A stretch of 64,000 nucleotides of DNA from an uncultured delta proteobacterium (GTDB taxonomy: Bacteria; Myxococcota_A; Polyangia; Polyangiales; Polyangiaceae). Positions 18,003-27,489 of this stretch are shown here, one piece after another (position 1 is the first letter of the stretch; each line of letters opens with the position of its first letter). Location: the NCBI GenBank assembly GCA_963782055.1, contig CAWAIF010000003.1:3840001-3904000 (forward strand), written 5' to 3'. The notes under the pieces were generated by a model, which saw only the letters and a list, made by a program, of their open reading frames with translations, made no database searches and was not told where the DNA came from. A program made the translations under genes and the position numbers.

Positions 18003-18603
18003 CGAGCGGGTCGCGACCGCGCTCGCGGCGTGGGCCGAGCGCGACGCGCACGCCGCCATCACCGAAGAGGACACCCGGGCGATCGCCTCCACCGAGGGCG
18101 CGCGCGCCCTCGTCGTGGAGCGGCTGCTCGACGCGGCCGGCCGCGACGCCCTCTCGGCGTGCTCGGTGCTCGGCCGCCTGATGGCGCAGGCGGGCGCCTC
18201 CCCCTCCCTCGCGGCGCGCACGCTGGACGGCCTCGCCGCCACCTCCCCGTGCGACGACGCGTGGCTCGGCACCGCGCGCGCGTCCCTGGCGGAGGGCTAC
18301 GCCGCCGCCTCGCGGGAGGCGGCCGCGGCGAAGCGCGCGGACACCTGGCGCTACCCGCGCTGCGTCGTGCGGCTGGACTCGGACACCGTGGCGGTGGGGG
18401 CGGGCTTCCCCGACGACGATCCGGACACCCTCGCCGAGTGGGCCAACGAGGTGGCGCGCGGCCTGGTCAAGGCCGGCGTGCGCCGCGCCATCATCGACGG
18501 CGATCTCGCGCCCCGGGCCGCGCTGGAAGAGGCCCTGGAGCTGGCGGGGATCTCGGTGGCGCGAGGCGACCGGCCGCGCTCCTGGCTGCCCTGGAAGCGC
18601 TGA
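17992..18603 (+). CDS. Hypothetical protein with a possible degenerate RsbR/STAS-like C-terminus
   Basis: ATG overlaps the end of the anti-sigma gene. Helical N-terminus followed by YPRCVVRLDSDTVAV...VRRAIIDGD. Confidence 0.55.
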   Translation: MASDERVATALAAWAERDAHAAITEEDTRAIASTEGARALVVERLLDAAGRDALSACSVLGRLMAQAGASPSLAARTLDGLAATSPCDDAWLGTARASLAEGYAAASREAAAAKRADTWRYPRCVVRLDSDTVAVGAGFPDDDPDTLAEWANEVARGLVKAGVRRAIIDGDLAPRAALEEALELAGISVARGDRPRSWLPWKR

Positions 18604-18649
18604 GCGCCGGAACTGCCGCACAAACGGAGACTCTGATAGACTGACGGGC

Positions 18650-20383
18650 ATGCGTGCCTGGCTTGTTCCCGTCCTGCTGACCGCCGCGGTCCTCGCGCCC
18701 GCGTGCTCCAGCCACGACGACGTCGCCGTCCACCTCGCCCCGACGATCGTCTTTCCGAAGGGCGTCCTCGACAACGTCGCCAAGGTCACGCTCTCCGTCT
18801 ACGACGACGCGTCGAACAAGCTGGATTGCAGCGGCACCGACGGCACCGTCACCGGCCTCGCCGGGGACACGCCCATCGCGAACAAGGATCTCCTGTCTTC
18901 GGGGTGCGCGGCCGGCTTCAAGTTCTGCGGGGACGTGCAGGTCGCCAAGTCGGACAACGACCGCGTCTTCGCCGCGCAGGCCTTCGGCGCCGACCAGACC
19001 ACGGTCATCGCCAACGGGTGCACCCACGTCAAGGTGAACCAGGACACCCTTCAGGTGCAGATCAAGATGCTGCGCTTCGTGCCCCCCGCGATGTGCGCGG
19101 GCAAGGTGAGCCCGGTGCCGGTGCAGTGCAAGGCCCCCGGATCCGACACCGATCCGGCGTCGCCCACCCTGGCGTGCGGCGCGGACTGCCTGAGCAAGGA
19201 GATCTACGTCTCCAAGGGTGACCTCGCGACCACCAGCGACACCAAGCAGAAGGGAAAGCCCTCCTTCGTCTGGCCGGCGGGCACCGGCAACACCGGCCGC
19301 TTCCTCGGCTTCTGGGGCGACCACTCCCCGTCCGGCGGCCGGGTGCAGGTCGCCATGCGCGTGCTGACCGACGCGATGGCGCCGTACGCCGACCAGGGCC
19401 CGATCATCGAACAGTCGTCGACCTTCATGCCGACCAAGCCGGGCGAGGGCTTCCCCCCTTCCGGCGATCCGCAGACGCAGAACGATCCGACCGCCGCCTT
19501 CCTCAACGACACCTACTACATCGCCTTCGAGGATCTGCAGGGTGGCGGCGCGCAAGCCATCAGCCTCCGCTCGATGGACACCATCCTGACGCCGCAGCAG
19601 AATCAGGGCGCACCCATCGCCATCAGCGACAGCGCGGGCTCGGCGCAGACGCTACCGTCCATGGCGTTCAACGGCGCGGGGAAGCTCTTCATCGCGTGGG
19701 AGAACTCCGGCGTCATCGTGGGTCGGACGGTCGACACCGGGAGCAACTTCACCAAGGGCACCCAGAACACCATCGGGCCGCAGGGAAAGAACGTCGCCGT
19801 CGCGGGGACCGCCACCGGCTGGGTCGCCGTCTACCAGAACGGCACCGACGTCGACCTCGTGACCATCGACGGGCAAGGGGCCGCCTCCACGCCGAAGAAG
19901 GTCAACGACGTCACGCACTCGTCCGACAGGCCGAGCGTCGCCACGCTGCAGGACGGCACGATCGCGGTCGCGTGGGCCGACTCCGGCGGCATCTACGTCC
20001 AGCGCTACAGCGCCTCCCTCCAGCCGGTGGCCAACGATCAGGCGTTGCCCATCAACGACCCGAGCGTCACCGGTGCGCAGGCGATGCCCACCGTCGGCGC
20101 GGGCGCGACCTTCTTCGTCGTGGCGTGGGTGGACACCGGCGCCGGGCACATCCGGGCCCGCTACCTCGATGGCACCGGCGGCTTCCTGTTCAACGACGTC
20201 AACGGCCAGGACAGCGATTTCCAGGTGAGCCTGTCCAGCGGCAAGACCCTGTCCAACCCGGCGGTGGCCGTGGGAGGCAGCGGCCCGTACGTGGCGATCG
20301 GCTGGGAGGACGACACCGGGGCGCCTGGCAGCTACGGCGGCGTCTGGGCGCGGCGCTTCCTCGGACCGCAGGCGGGCCAGTGA
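18650..20383 (+). CDS. Secreted lipoprotein with a Cys-containing N-terminus and a beta-propeller-like C-terminal region
   Basis: Lipobox APAC and repeated P.VA....G...VAW.D blades. Confidence 0.75.
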   Translation: MRAWLVPVLLTAAVLAPACSSHDDVAVHLAPTIVFPKGVLDNVAKVTLSVYDDASNKLDCSGTDGTVTGLAGDTPIANKDLLSSGCAAGFKFCGDVQVAKSDNDRVFAAQAFGADQTTVIANGCTHVKVNQDTLQVQIKMLRFVPPAMCAGKVSPVPVQCKAPGSDTDPASPTLACGADCLSKEIYVSKGDLATTSDTKQKGKPSFVWPAGTGNTGRFLGFWGDHSPSGGRVQVAMRVLTDAMAPYADQGPIIEQSSTFMPTKPGEGFPPSGDPQTQNDPTAAFLNDTYYIAFEDLQGGGAQAISLRSMDTILTPQQNQGAPIAISDSAGSAQTLPSMAFNGAGKLFIAWENSGVIVGRTVDTGSNFTKGTQNTIGPQGKNVAVAGTATGWVAVYQNGTDVDLVTIDGQGAASTPKKVNDVTHSSDRPSVATLQDGTIAVAWADSGGIYVQRYSASLQPVANDQALPINDPSVTGAQAMPTVGAGATFFVVAWVDTGAGHIRARYLDGTGGFLFNDVNGQDSDFQVSLSSGKTLSNPAVAVGGSGPYVAIGWEDDTGAPGSYGGVWARRFLGPQAGQ

Positions 20384-20411
20384 CGCCGGCCCGGGCGCCC
20401 TGCCCTCGGTC

Positions 20412-20756
20412 TTACTCGCGCAGGTAGGCGATCGCGCGGATCACCTCGACCAGGCGCTCGCGGTCGTCGGTCGAGAGGTCGATGAAGCGCACGCCCATCC
20501 CGGGGTTGGGGTTGTCGCCGTCGGCGCGGACCGGGTTGATCCACGCCACCTGGCCCCGCAGCTTGAACGGCTCGTGGCCCGGCGGGGCGAAGGAGAGATC
20601 GACCAGCGCCTCCTTGGCCAGCGGCTCGGTCGTGCGGATGAAGATGCCCATCGCGCTGATGTTGGCGATGGAGGCGTAGAGGAAGGTGTCGTCGCCGACG
20701 CAGTCGACGTCCCACGCCACCGCGACGCGATCGTGACTGCGCCGCTCCTCGCTCAT
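20412..20756 (-). CDS. PilZ-domain protein (myxobacterial TIGR02266-like)
   Basis: ERRSHDR (RxxxR), NISAMGIFI (NxSxxG) and PGMGVRF. Confidence 0.9.
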   Translation of the reverse strand: MSEERRSHDRVAVAWDVDCVGDDTFLYASIANISAMGIFIRTTEPLAKEALVDLSFAPPGHEPFKLRGQVAWINPVRADGDNPNPGMGVRFIDLSTDDRERLVEVIRAIAYLRE

Positions 20757-20757
20757 C

Positions 20758-23724
20758 TCACTGGACCCGGAGCGGACCGCCGTTGATGCGGTTGTCGCCG
20801 TCGTTGGGGCCGCTCAGCACCTTGAGCCGCGTGCCTCCCACGAAGAGGCCGAAGAAGACGGTGTAGGTGCCCGGGGTGAAGTTGGGCTCCAGGGAGAACT
20901 CGTAGTCGTCCATCACCAGGTCGTCCTTCAGCCAGAGGGAGAAGGGGTACTTCCCTTCCAGCACCTTGTGGTCGCCGTTGTGGCGGCGGCGGTAGCCGTC
21001 GATGTGGATGAAGGCCTCCCACTCCGTCGTCACGGGCGCCAGCACCTTGTAGTACGTCCTCATGTGGTACTTGCGGCCGGGCGCCACCACCTGCGTGAGG
21101 TGGCCGCGCGCGTCCCGGATGTCGTAGCCCAGGACGAGCAGCTTGTCGTCCATGTTGGCGTTGAGCAGGTGCTGCGGCTTGGGCGCGCTGGGCAGCAGGA
21201 TCTTCTCCAGCGGGTTCTGGTTCTTGTCGCCCTCGAGCGAGGACGCCACCAGGAGGATCTGGCTGGAGCGCGCGTCGAGCACCGGGAGGTTCTGCGCCTT
21301 GGGCTCGGTGCGCACGCGGTAGGCCTGGTTGAGGCGCGGCAGCTCGTCGGCGCGCACCGCCATGAAGCGACGCTGGTGATCGTTGTGCCCCTCCATCAGC
21401 CACTCGAAGGCGTGCTGGGTGTCCGGGAGCGTCTGGACCTCGCCGCCGGCGTAGTAGGCGGCGGTGCGGCCGCCCACGCCGAACAGGGCGAGGGGCTCCC
21501 CCTTCTTGTGGATGTGCTGGTAGGTCTCGAACACTTCCTTCGGTGAGAGCTGGTTGGCCAGGGCGGGGTAGTAGCCCATGCAGAGCACCAGGCCGATCGC
21601 CGCGGCGAGGGTGGCGAAGCCGCCGGTGCGACGGCCGCCCCAGAGGTCCCCGAGGAAGCCGAGGAAGAGGAAGAGGCCGATGCTCGACGGGATGGCCAGC
21701 GCCAGGGCGATGGGCCAGCGCAGGTGCGCGCCAGCCCACAGACCGGCGAAGACCGCCGCCGGAACGGCGAGCACCATGAGAGGGAAGAGGATGAGCGCCG
21801 ACACCCAGAAGGTGCCCTCGGCCTCGGCGTCGCCCTTCTCACCGGGGCCCTGCTTCAGCCGCGCGAAGAGCGCCTCGAAGGGCTCGAAACCTCGCGTGAA
21901 GGACGCCGAGGACAGCGCGCGCGCTCGACCGAACGCCCAGAGCCAGAGGTCCAGCGCGAAGAAGACGCCGAAGATCACGCCGAGCGGGAGGAAGGCGCTG
22001 ACCCACCACGCGTTGAGGATGACGTCGCGCATCTGCTGCGAGACGTGCCCCACGTAGCCGAGCTTGAAGCGCATCCCCGCCCAGATGACCAGGCCGGCGA
22101 GGGAGGCGCCGGCGACCATCGCGAAGTAGCCGAGGGCCAGCAGGCCGTCCCACGCCTCGCGCAGCGAGCGCACCGTGGCGAGGTAGCCCTTGGCGTCGAA
22201 CGGCTCGCGCTTGGGGGCGCGCTCGGCGAGGAGCAGCAGCACCAGCGCGGCGAAGCCGACGAGGACGATGGTCCAGAGCAGGAGGTGGGTGTTCTTGAAG
22301 GTCTCGGGGAAGGGCGCGCTGGCGACGCCGAAGGCCTGGTACGCCTTCTGCGGAAGCTCGTGGAAGTCGTGATGGAAGATGAAGAGGAACATCGCCACGC
22401 CGAGCGCCATGGCCACCGACGGGTGCGCGCCCCGCCCGTAGTCGCGCAGCGCGACGCCGCACGCCGCGGCGAAGATGGCGGGCGCGCAGAAGGGGATGAG
22501 GTCGGTCTTGGCGGCGAGGAAGGCGTGCGCCGCGACTGCCGTCGTTCCGCCGACGAGGATGGCGACGCGCGCGTAGCTCTCCCGCTGCAGGACGAAGCCG
22601 GTGCGCCCGACCGGCGTCATGAACATGCGGCCGATGGCGAAGGGCACGAAGGCGCTCCACGGCGCGAGCGCGGGCCCCAGGTGGCCGATGAAGTAGTCGA
22701 AGGTCGGGTACTTGCTGGGGGCCTTGATCATCGCCCCGGCGGCGATGTGCAGGTCGGGGCCGCCCAGCGCGACCGCTTGCCACCCGACGTAGAAGGCGAC
22801 CGACCCGGCGAGGAGCGCGAGCGCGCCCACCGCGTGGCCCAGGGCGTCGTTGGTGCTGCGCCCGCTCGCCCAGGTGACGCCCCACGCGAGGCCGACGCCG
22901 CCGCAGGGCACGGCGACCCCCAGGATGGCGCCCCGGCTGTAGTAGCCGGCGACGAGGGCGCCGGCGGCGAGCACGATCCAGAGCACCCGGGCGACCGTCA
23001 CCTTCGGTCCGTCCTCGTCGCGGTCGAAGGCGCCGACCGCCAGGCCGCCGAAGGCCGCCGTCACCGCGGCCATGGTGACCACGTCGCCGAGCATCGTCCG
23101 GGCCTGGACGAAGTAGAGCGGCATCGTGGTGAGGGCGAGCGCGGTGTAGAGGCCAGCGCGGCGATCGATGAGCCGCGACACCCACCCGTACGTCGCCACC
23201 ACGCCGAGCAGACCCCAGAGCGCGAGCGGCGCGCGACCGGCCCACTCGTGCAGGCCGAAGAGCTTGAAGCCCAGCGCGATGGAGGTGAATGGCAGCTCCG
23301 GGCGGCCGAGGTCGTTGAGGTGCGGCAGCGAGTTGTCGGTGCCGGCGAGGGCGAGGTGGCTGGCGTGGAAGAGGTTCACCGCCAGACGGCGCCCCAGGTC
23401 CGCCACGTTGAGCTCGAAGGGGTCCCAGAGGCCGCTCTTCGTGAGCGGCGGGAGAACGAAGAAGAAGAGCGCGGGCACGGCGACGGCGACCAGCAAGCCG
23501 AGGGTCCACGGGATGTCCGAAGGGGGCTCGGCCTTGTCGGCCTTCTCCTCCGGCGCGGCCTTCTCCTCCGGCGCGGCCTTCTTCCCGGCCTCCTCCGGCG
23601 GCGCCTCCGCCTGCTCCGCCTGCGCCCCGGCGGCCGCCTTCTTCTCGGGCGCCTCCGTGCCGGTTGCGGTCTTGCCGGCATCCTCGCCGGCGGGGCGTTT
23701 GGTTTCGTCTTTCGGGTCAGCCAT
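20758..23724 (-). CDS. GT-C / ArnT-PMT family (GT39/GT83-like) membrane glycosyltransferase with a C-terminal periplasmic beta-sandwich domain
   Basis: LWDPFE motif, FKLFGLHEWAGRAP, QARTMLGD and many TM segments. Soluble C-terminal domain (FIHIDG...NGDH...PGTYTVFFGLF). Confidence 0.8.
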   Translation of the reverse strand: MADPKDETKRPAGEDAGKTATGTEAPEKKAAAGAQAEQAEAPPEEAGKKAAPEEKAAPEEKADKAEPPSDIPWTLGLLVAVAVPALFFFVLPPLTKSGLWDPFELNVADLGRRLAVNLFHASHLALAGTDNSLPHLNDLGRPELPFTSIALGFKLFGLHEWAGRAPLALWGLLGVVATYGWVSRLIDRRAGLYTALALTTMPLYFVQARTMLGDVVTMAAVTAAFGGLAVGAFDRDEDGPKVTVARVLWIVLAAGALVAGYYSRGAILGVAVPCGGVGLAWGVTWASGRSTNDALGHAVGALALLAGSVAFYVGWQAVALGGPDLHIAAGAMIKAPSKYPTFDYFIGHLGPALAPWSAFVPFAIGRMFMTPVGRTGFVLQRESYARVAILVGGTTAVAAHAFLAAKTDLIPFCAPAIFAAACGVALRDYGRGAHPSVAMALGVAMFLFIFHHDFHELPQKAYQAFGVASAPFPETFKNTHLLLWTIVLVGFAALVLLLLAERAPKREPFDAKGYLATVRSLREAWDGLLALGYFAMVAGASLAGLVIWAGMRFKLGYVGHVSQQMRDVILNAWWVSAFLPLGVIFGVFFALDLWLWAFGRARALSSASFTRGFEPFEALFARLKQGPGEKGDAEAEGTFWVSALILFPLMVLAVPAAVFAGLWAGAHLRWPIALALAIPSSIGLFLFLGFLGDLWGGRRTGGFATLAAAIGLVLCMGYYPALANQLSPKEVFETYQHIHKKGEPLALFGVGGRTAAYYAGGEVQTLPDTQHAFEWLMEGHNDHQRRFMAVRADELPRLNQAYRVRTEPKAQNLPVLDARSSQILLVASSLEGDKNQNPLEKILLPSAPKPQHLLNANMDDKLLVLGYDIRDARGHLTQVVAPGRKYHMRTYYKVLAPVTTEWEAFIHIDGYRRRHNGDHKVLEGKYPFSLWLKDDLVMDDYEFSLEPNFTPGTYTVFFGLFVGGTRLKVLSGPNDGDNRINGGPLRVQ

Positions 23725-23858
23725 GGGAGAGCCGTCCGGGGGTGGCGGAGGCGAGGCCTCCGCCCGTGGGGGCGGGCACGAGCCCGCGGACATTAGATTC
23801 AAGGCGAGGACGGCGCAACCGCGACCGCGCTCGCCGAAGCGTGATAGACAGCGCCGCC

Positions 23859-24872
23859 ATGGCCACCACCCGCACCCCCGGACGCAAAGCCTCCCGGCCA
23901 GGCCAGAAGGCCGCCGGAAAGCGCACGCGCAGGGAGCCGGCGCCGCACGTCTCCGGTACGGTCGCGGTGGTCGGGAGGCCGAACGTCGGCAAGAGCACCC
24001 TCCTTAACGCGCTCATCGGCGAAAAGATCGCGATCGTCAGCCATCACCCCCAGACCACGCGCGATCGCATCCTGGGGGTGGTCACGGACGAGGCGTCGCA
24101 GGTGGCCTTCCTGGACACGCCGGGCCTTCATGCCCCACGTAACCGGCTGGGGGTGCGCATGGTCCACGAGGCCCGGGAGGCCCTGCGCGGCGCCGACGTG
24201 ATCCTCTTCGTGACCGACGTCGCCCCCGACCCCGCCGGGCGGGTCTCCGAGCGTGACAGGCCGGTGCTGGCGGAGCTGCCGGAGGGCGCGCGGGTGGTGT
24301 GCGCCCTGAACAAGATCGACCGCGTCCGCCCCAAGACCAAGCTGATGCCGGTGCTCGAGGCCTACGGCGCCGCGCGCGAGTTCGCGGCGATGGTGCCCGT
24401 GAGCGCCAGGACCGGGGACGGCGTCGAGCAGCTCCTCGGCGCGGTGCGCGCCCTGCTGCCGGAGGGCCCCGCCCTCTACGACCCGGACACGCTCACCGAC
24501 AGGCCGGTGCGCTTCCTGGTCTGCGAGCTGATGCGCGAGGCGCTGCTCGCCCGCACCCGCCAGGAGGTCCCCTTCGGCCTGGCCGTCACGGTGGACCGCT
24601 TCGAGGACGCCACCAAGAAGCGGCCGGTGACGAGCATCGAGCTCACCATCCACGTGCCCAAGGAGGCCCACAAGAAGATCGTGGTGGGCAAGGGGGGCGC
24701 GGTGCTCAAGGAGGCGGGCACCGCAGCCCGCAAGGCCGTCGAGCGGCTCCTCGAGGGCAAGGTGCACCTCAAGCTCTGGGTCCGCGTCACGCCGGGCTGG
24801 TTCGACCAGGACGGCGCGCTGCGCGACATCGGCTACGAGCCGCCACCGGCGGAGAAGAAGGGCGCGCCGTGA
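23859..24872 (+). CDS. era: GTPase Era
   Basis: GRPNVGKSTLLN, PQTTR, DTPG, NKID and KH-domain IVVGKGG. Confidence 0.95.
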   Translation: MATTRTPGRKASRPGQKAAGKRTRREPAPHVSGTVAVVGRPNVGKSTLLNALIGEKIAIVSHHPQTTRDRILGVVTDEASQVAFLDTPGLHAPRNRLGVRMVHEAREALRGADVILFVTDVAPDPAGRVSERDRPVLAELPEGARVVCALNKIDRVRPKTKLMPVLEAYGAAREFAAMVPVSARTGDGVEQLLGAVRALLPEGPALYDPDTLTDRPVRFLVCELMREALLARTRQEVPFGLAVTVDRFEDATKKRPVTSIELTIHVPKEAHKKIVVGKGGAVLKEAGTAARKAVERLLEGKVHLKLWVRVTPGWFDQDGALRDIGYEPPPAEKKGAP

Positions 24873-26305
24873 CCAAGCACCACAAGCCTCACCGCGTGCA
24901 GGCGGTCCCCGCCGGCCACGCCGGGTTGCCCATCGTCGCCATCGTCGGGCGGCCCAACGTGGGCAAGTCCACCCTCTTCAACCGGCTGGCGCGCCGGCGG
25001 CTCGCCATCGTCCACGACGAGCCGGGCGTCACGCGCGACCGCCACTACGCCGACACCACGGCCTTCGGCGTGGACTACACCCTCGTCGACACCGGCGGCT
25101 ACGACCCCGACAGCGACGACCCGATGAAGGCGGGCATCACCGGGCACGTGCGCGCCGCCATCGCCGAGGCGGACGTCATCGTCTTCGTCACCGACGGCGC
25201 CGCCGGCCTCAACGACGCCGACCGCGCGGCGGTGGGCCTGCTGCGGCGCTCCGCCAAGCCGGTGCTCTACGCCGCCAACAAGGCGGACTCCCCCACCCGC
25301 GACGCCGAGGCCTTCGAGCTCTACCGCCTCGGCGTGGAGAAGGTGTTCCCCATCAGCGCGCTGCACGGCCGCGGCATCGGCGATCTGGAGGGCTCCCTCG
25401 TGGAGGTCCTGCCGGAGCGCGAGGCGCCGCCGGCCGACGACGAGCGGGTGCCGCGCATCGCGATCGTCGGCAAGCCCAACGCCGGCAAGAGCAGCCTCGT
25501 CAACCGCATCGTCGGCGCCGATCGCATGATGGTGGACGCGCGCCCCGGCACCACGCGCGACTCCATCGACGCGCTGGTGACGCGCGGCGAGCGTCGCTAC
25601 GTGGTGATCGACACCGCGGGCATCCGCCGCAAGGGCAAGGTGTTCAAGGGCCGCGACGCCGTCGAGTCGCTCGCGGTGCTCTCCGCCATCCGCAGCATCG
25701 AGCGGGCGCACGTGGTGGTGCTGGTGTGCGACGCGGACGAGGGCGTCGCCGAGCAGGACGCGAAGATCCTTGGCCTCGCGCAGGACCGCGCGCGCGGCCT
25801 GGTCATCGCGCTGAACAAGACCGACCTGCTGGACACCGCCGCCCTCAAGAAGGCGGAGGAGCTGGCGCGCGACAAGCTCACCTTCGCGCCGTACGCGCCG
25901 GTGGTGCGCATCAGCGCCAAGACCGGCCGCGGGCTGCCGGAGCTGTTCCGCACCATCGACCGCGTGCACGAGGCCTTCTTCCAGCGCGTGGGCACCGGCG
26001 AGCTGAACCGCTTCTTCGAGCAGGTGATCGAGACGCGCCCACCGCCGACGAGCGGCGGCCGCGCCCCGCGCCTGTACTACGTGACGCAGGCGCAGGTGGC
26101 GCCGCCCACCTTCGTGGCGATGACGAACGCCCCGGATTCCATCCACTTCTCCTACCAGCGCTACGTCATCAACCAGCTCCGCAAGCGCTTCGGCTTCGAG
26201 GGCGTGCCGGTGCGCGTGCACTACCGGCAGAAGCGCGGGCGGGACCTCCCCCCCCGGCCCGGTCTCCCTGCGAAGGAGAGGGGGAGGAAGAAGAAGAAGA
26301 GCTAG
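24869..26305 (+). CDS. der: Ribosome biogenesis GTPase Der (EngA)
   Basis: Two G domains (GRPNVGKSTLFNRL...GVTRDR and GKPNAGKSSLVN...GTTRD, DTAG) and C-terminal YQRYVINQLRKRFGFEGVP. GTG overlaps the era stop. Confidence 0.95.
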   Translation: MTKHHKPHRVQAVPAGHAGLPIVAIVGRPNVGKSTLFNRLARRRLAIVHDEPGVTRDRHYADTTAFGVDYTLVDTGGYDPDSDDPMKAGITGHVRAAIAEADVIVFVTDGAAGLNDADRAAVGLLRRSAKPVLYAANKADSPTRDAEAFELYRLGVEKVFPISALHGRGIGDLEGSLVEVLPEREAPPADDERVPRIAIVGKPNAGKSSLVNRIVGADRMMVDARPGTTRDSIDALVTRGERRYVVIDTAGIRRKGKVFKGRDAVESLAVLSAIRSIERAHVVVLVCDADEGVAEQDAKILGLAQDRARGLVIALNKTDLLDTAALKKAEELARDKLTFAPYAPVVRISAKTGRGLPELFRTIDRVHEAFFQRVGTGELNRFFEQVIETRPPPTSGGRAPRLYYVTQAQVAPPTFVAMTNAPDSIHFSYQRYVINQLRKRFGFEGVPVRVHYRQKRGRDLPPRPGLPAKERGRKKKKS

Positions 26306-26324
26306 ACCGCCGCGGTGCGCGCGG

Positions 26325-27482
26325 TCACACGCCGCCGGCGACGAGGGTGTCGGCGAGGCGGGCGAGGAGCGTGATGTCGTGCACGTCGGTGGCGAGCTCC
26401 GCCACGCGCACGACCGGCGCGCCGCTCCTGGTCACGTCGGTGAGGGCACGCAGGTTGCGGCGGTCCAGCTCGGCGAGCCGGAACGCATCGTGATGCGCCC
26501 GGGCGACGCGCGCGGGGGCGTCCTCGTCGAGGGTGACCCCTGCGGCGGCGATGGCCTCCCCCGCCTGCTCCGGCGTGGCCGGCTCCGTGGCGCCGGCGGG
26601 CGGCAGGTGCAGCCGGTTGATGACGAAGGCGCCGAGCGGCATCTTCGCCTCGATGAGCCGCTCGGCGAAGTACACGACCTCGCGCAGGCTCATGGGCGCC
26701 GGCGAGGTCACCAGCACGAAGGCCACGTCGTCGGACCGCAGCGTCCGCTGCACCACCTGCGCGCGCTGCTTGAAGCCTCCGAACAGGTCGTTCAGCTCGG
26801 TGATGAACTCGGCCATCGCCTCCAGGAAGCCGCCGCCTGTGATGCGGCCGATGCCGCGCAGCACGACCGAGGCGCTCTTGGCGAGCAGGTTCAAGGAGAG
26901 CTTGCCGCTCGACTGGAACGCCTGGACGAACCACTTCATCGTCGCCGAGTCGAGCGCGTCCATCAGCCGCTCCGGCGCGTCCAGGAAGTCCAGCGCGTTG
27001 GAGGTGGGCGGCGTATCGAGGACGATGAGGTCGTAGCGAGGGTCGTCCTTCACCGCGACGAGCTTCTCGACCGCCATGTACTCCTGTGTGCCGGCGAGCG
27101 AGGTGGAGACGTACTGGTAGAGCCTGTTGTCCAGCAGCTTGGCCGCGCGCTCGGGGGTGGAGGAGTACTTGCGCACCAGCTCGTCGAAGGTGCGCTTCTG
27201 GTCCAGCATCATGACGGTGAGCCGCCCCGTCACCGGCTTGCCGGTGGCGGCGAAGGCCCCGTTGTCGATGTCCACCGCGTCGGTGTCGATCTTCTCCAGC
27301 CCGAGCGCCTGCGCGAGGCGCTTGGCGGGGTCGATCGTCAGGCAGAGCACGCGCTTGCCCTCCCGCGCGGCGGCCACCGCCAGCGCGGCGGCGGTGGTGG
27401 TCTTGCCCACGCCCCCCGCGCCGACGGTGACGAGCACCCGGCGTGTGGTGAGCAGCGTCTTGAGCGCTTCGCCCTCGGCCAT
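26325..27482 (-). CDS. ArsA/Get3-family ATPase
   Basis: GAGGVGKTT, TIDPAKRLA, GTQEYMAVEKL and DTPPTSNALDFLDAP. Confidence 0.88.
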   Translation of the reverse strand: MAEGEALKTLLTTRRVLVTVGAGGVGKTTTAAALAVAAAREGKRVLCLTIDPAKRLAQALGLEKIDTDAVDIDNGAFAATGKPVTGRLTVMMLDQKRTFDELVRKYSSTPERAAKLLDNRLYQYVSTSLAGTQEYMAVEKLVAVKDDPRYDLIVLDTPPTSNALDFLDAPERLMDALDSATMKWFVQAFQSSGKLSLNLLAKSASVVLRGIGRITGGGFLEAMAEFITELNDLFGGFKQRAQVVQRTLRSDDVAFVLVTSPAPMSLREVVYFAERLIEAKMPLGAFVINRLHLPPAGATEPATPEQAGEAIAAAGVTLDEDAPARVARAHHDAFRLAELDRRNLRALTDVTRSGAPVVRVAELATDVHDITLLARLADTLVAGGV

Positions 27483-27489
27483 CGTCCTG

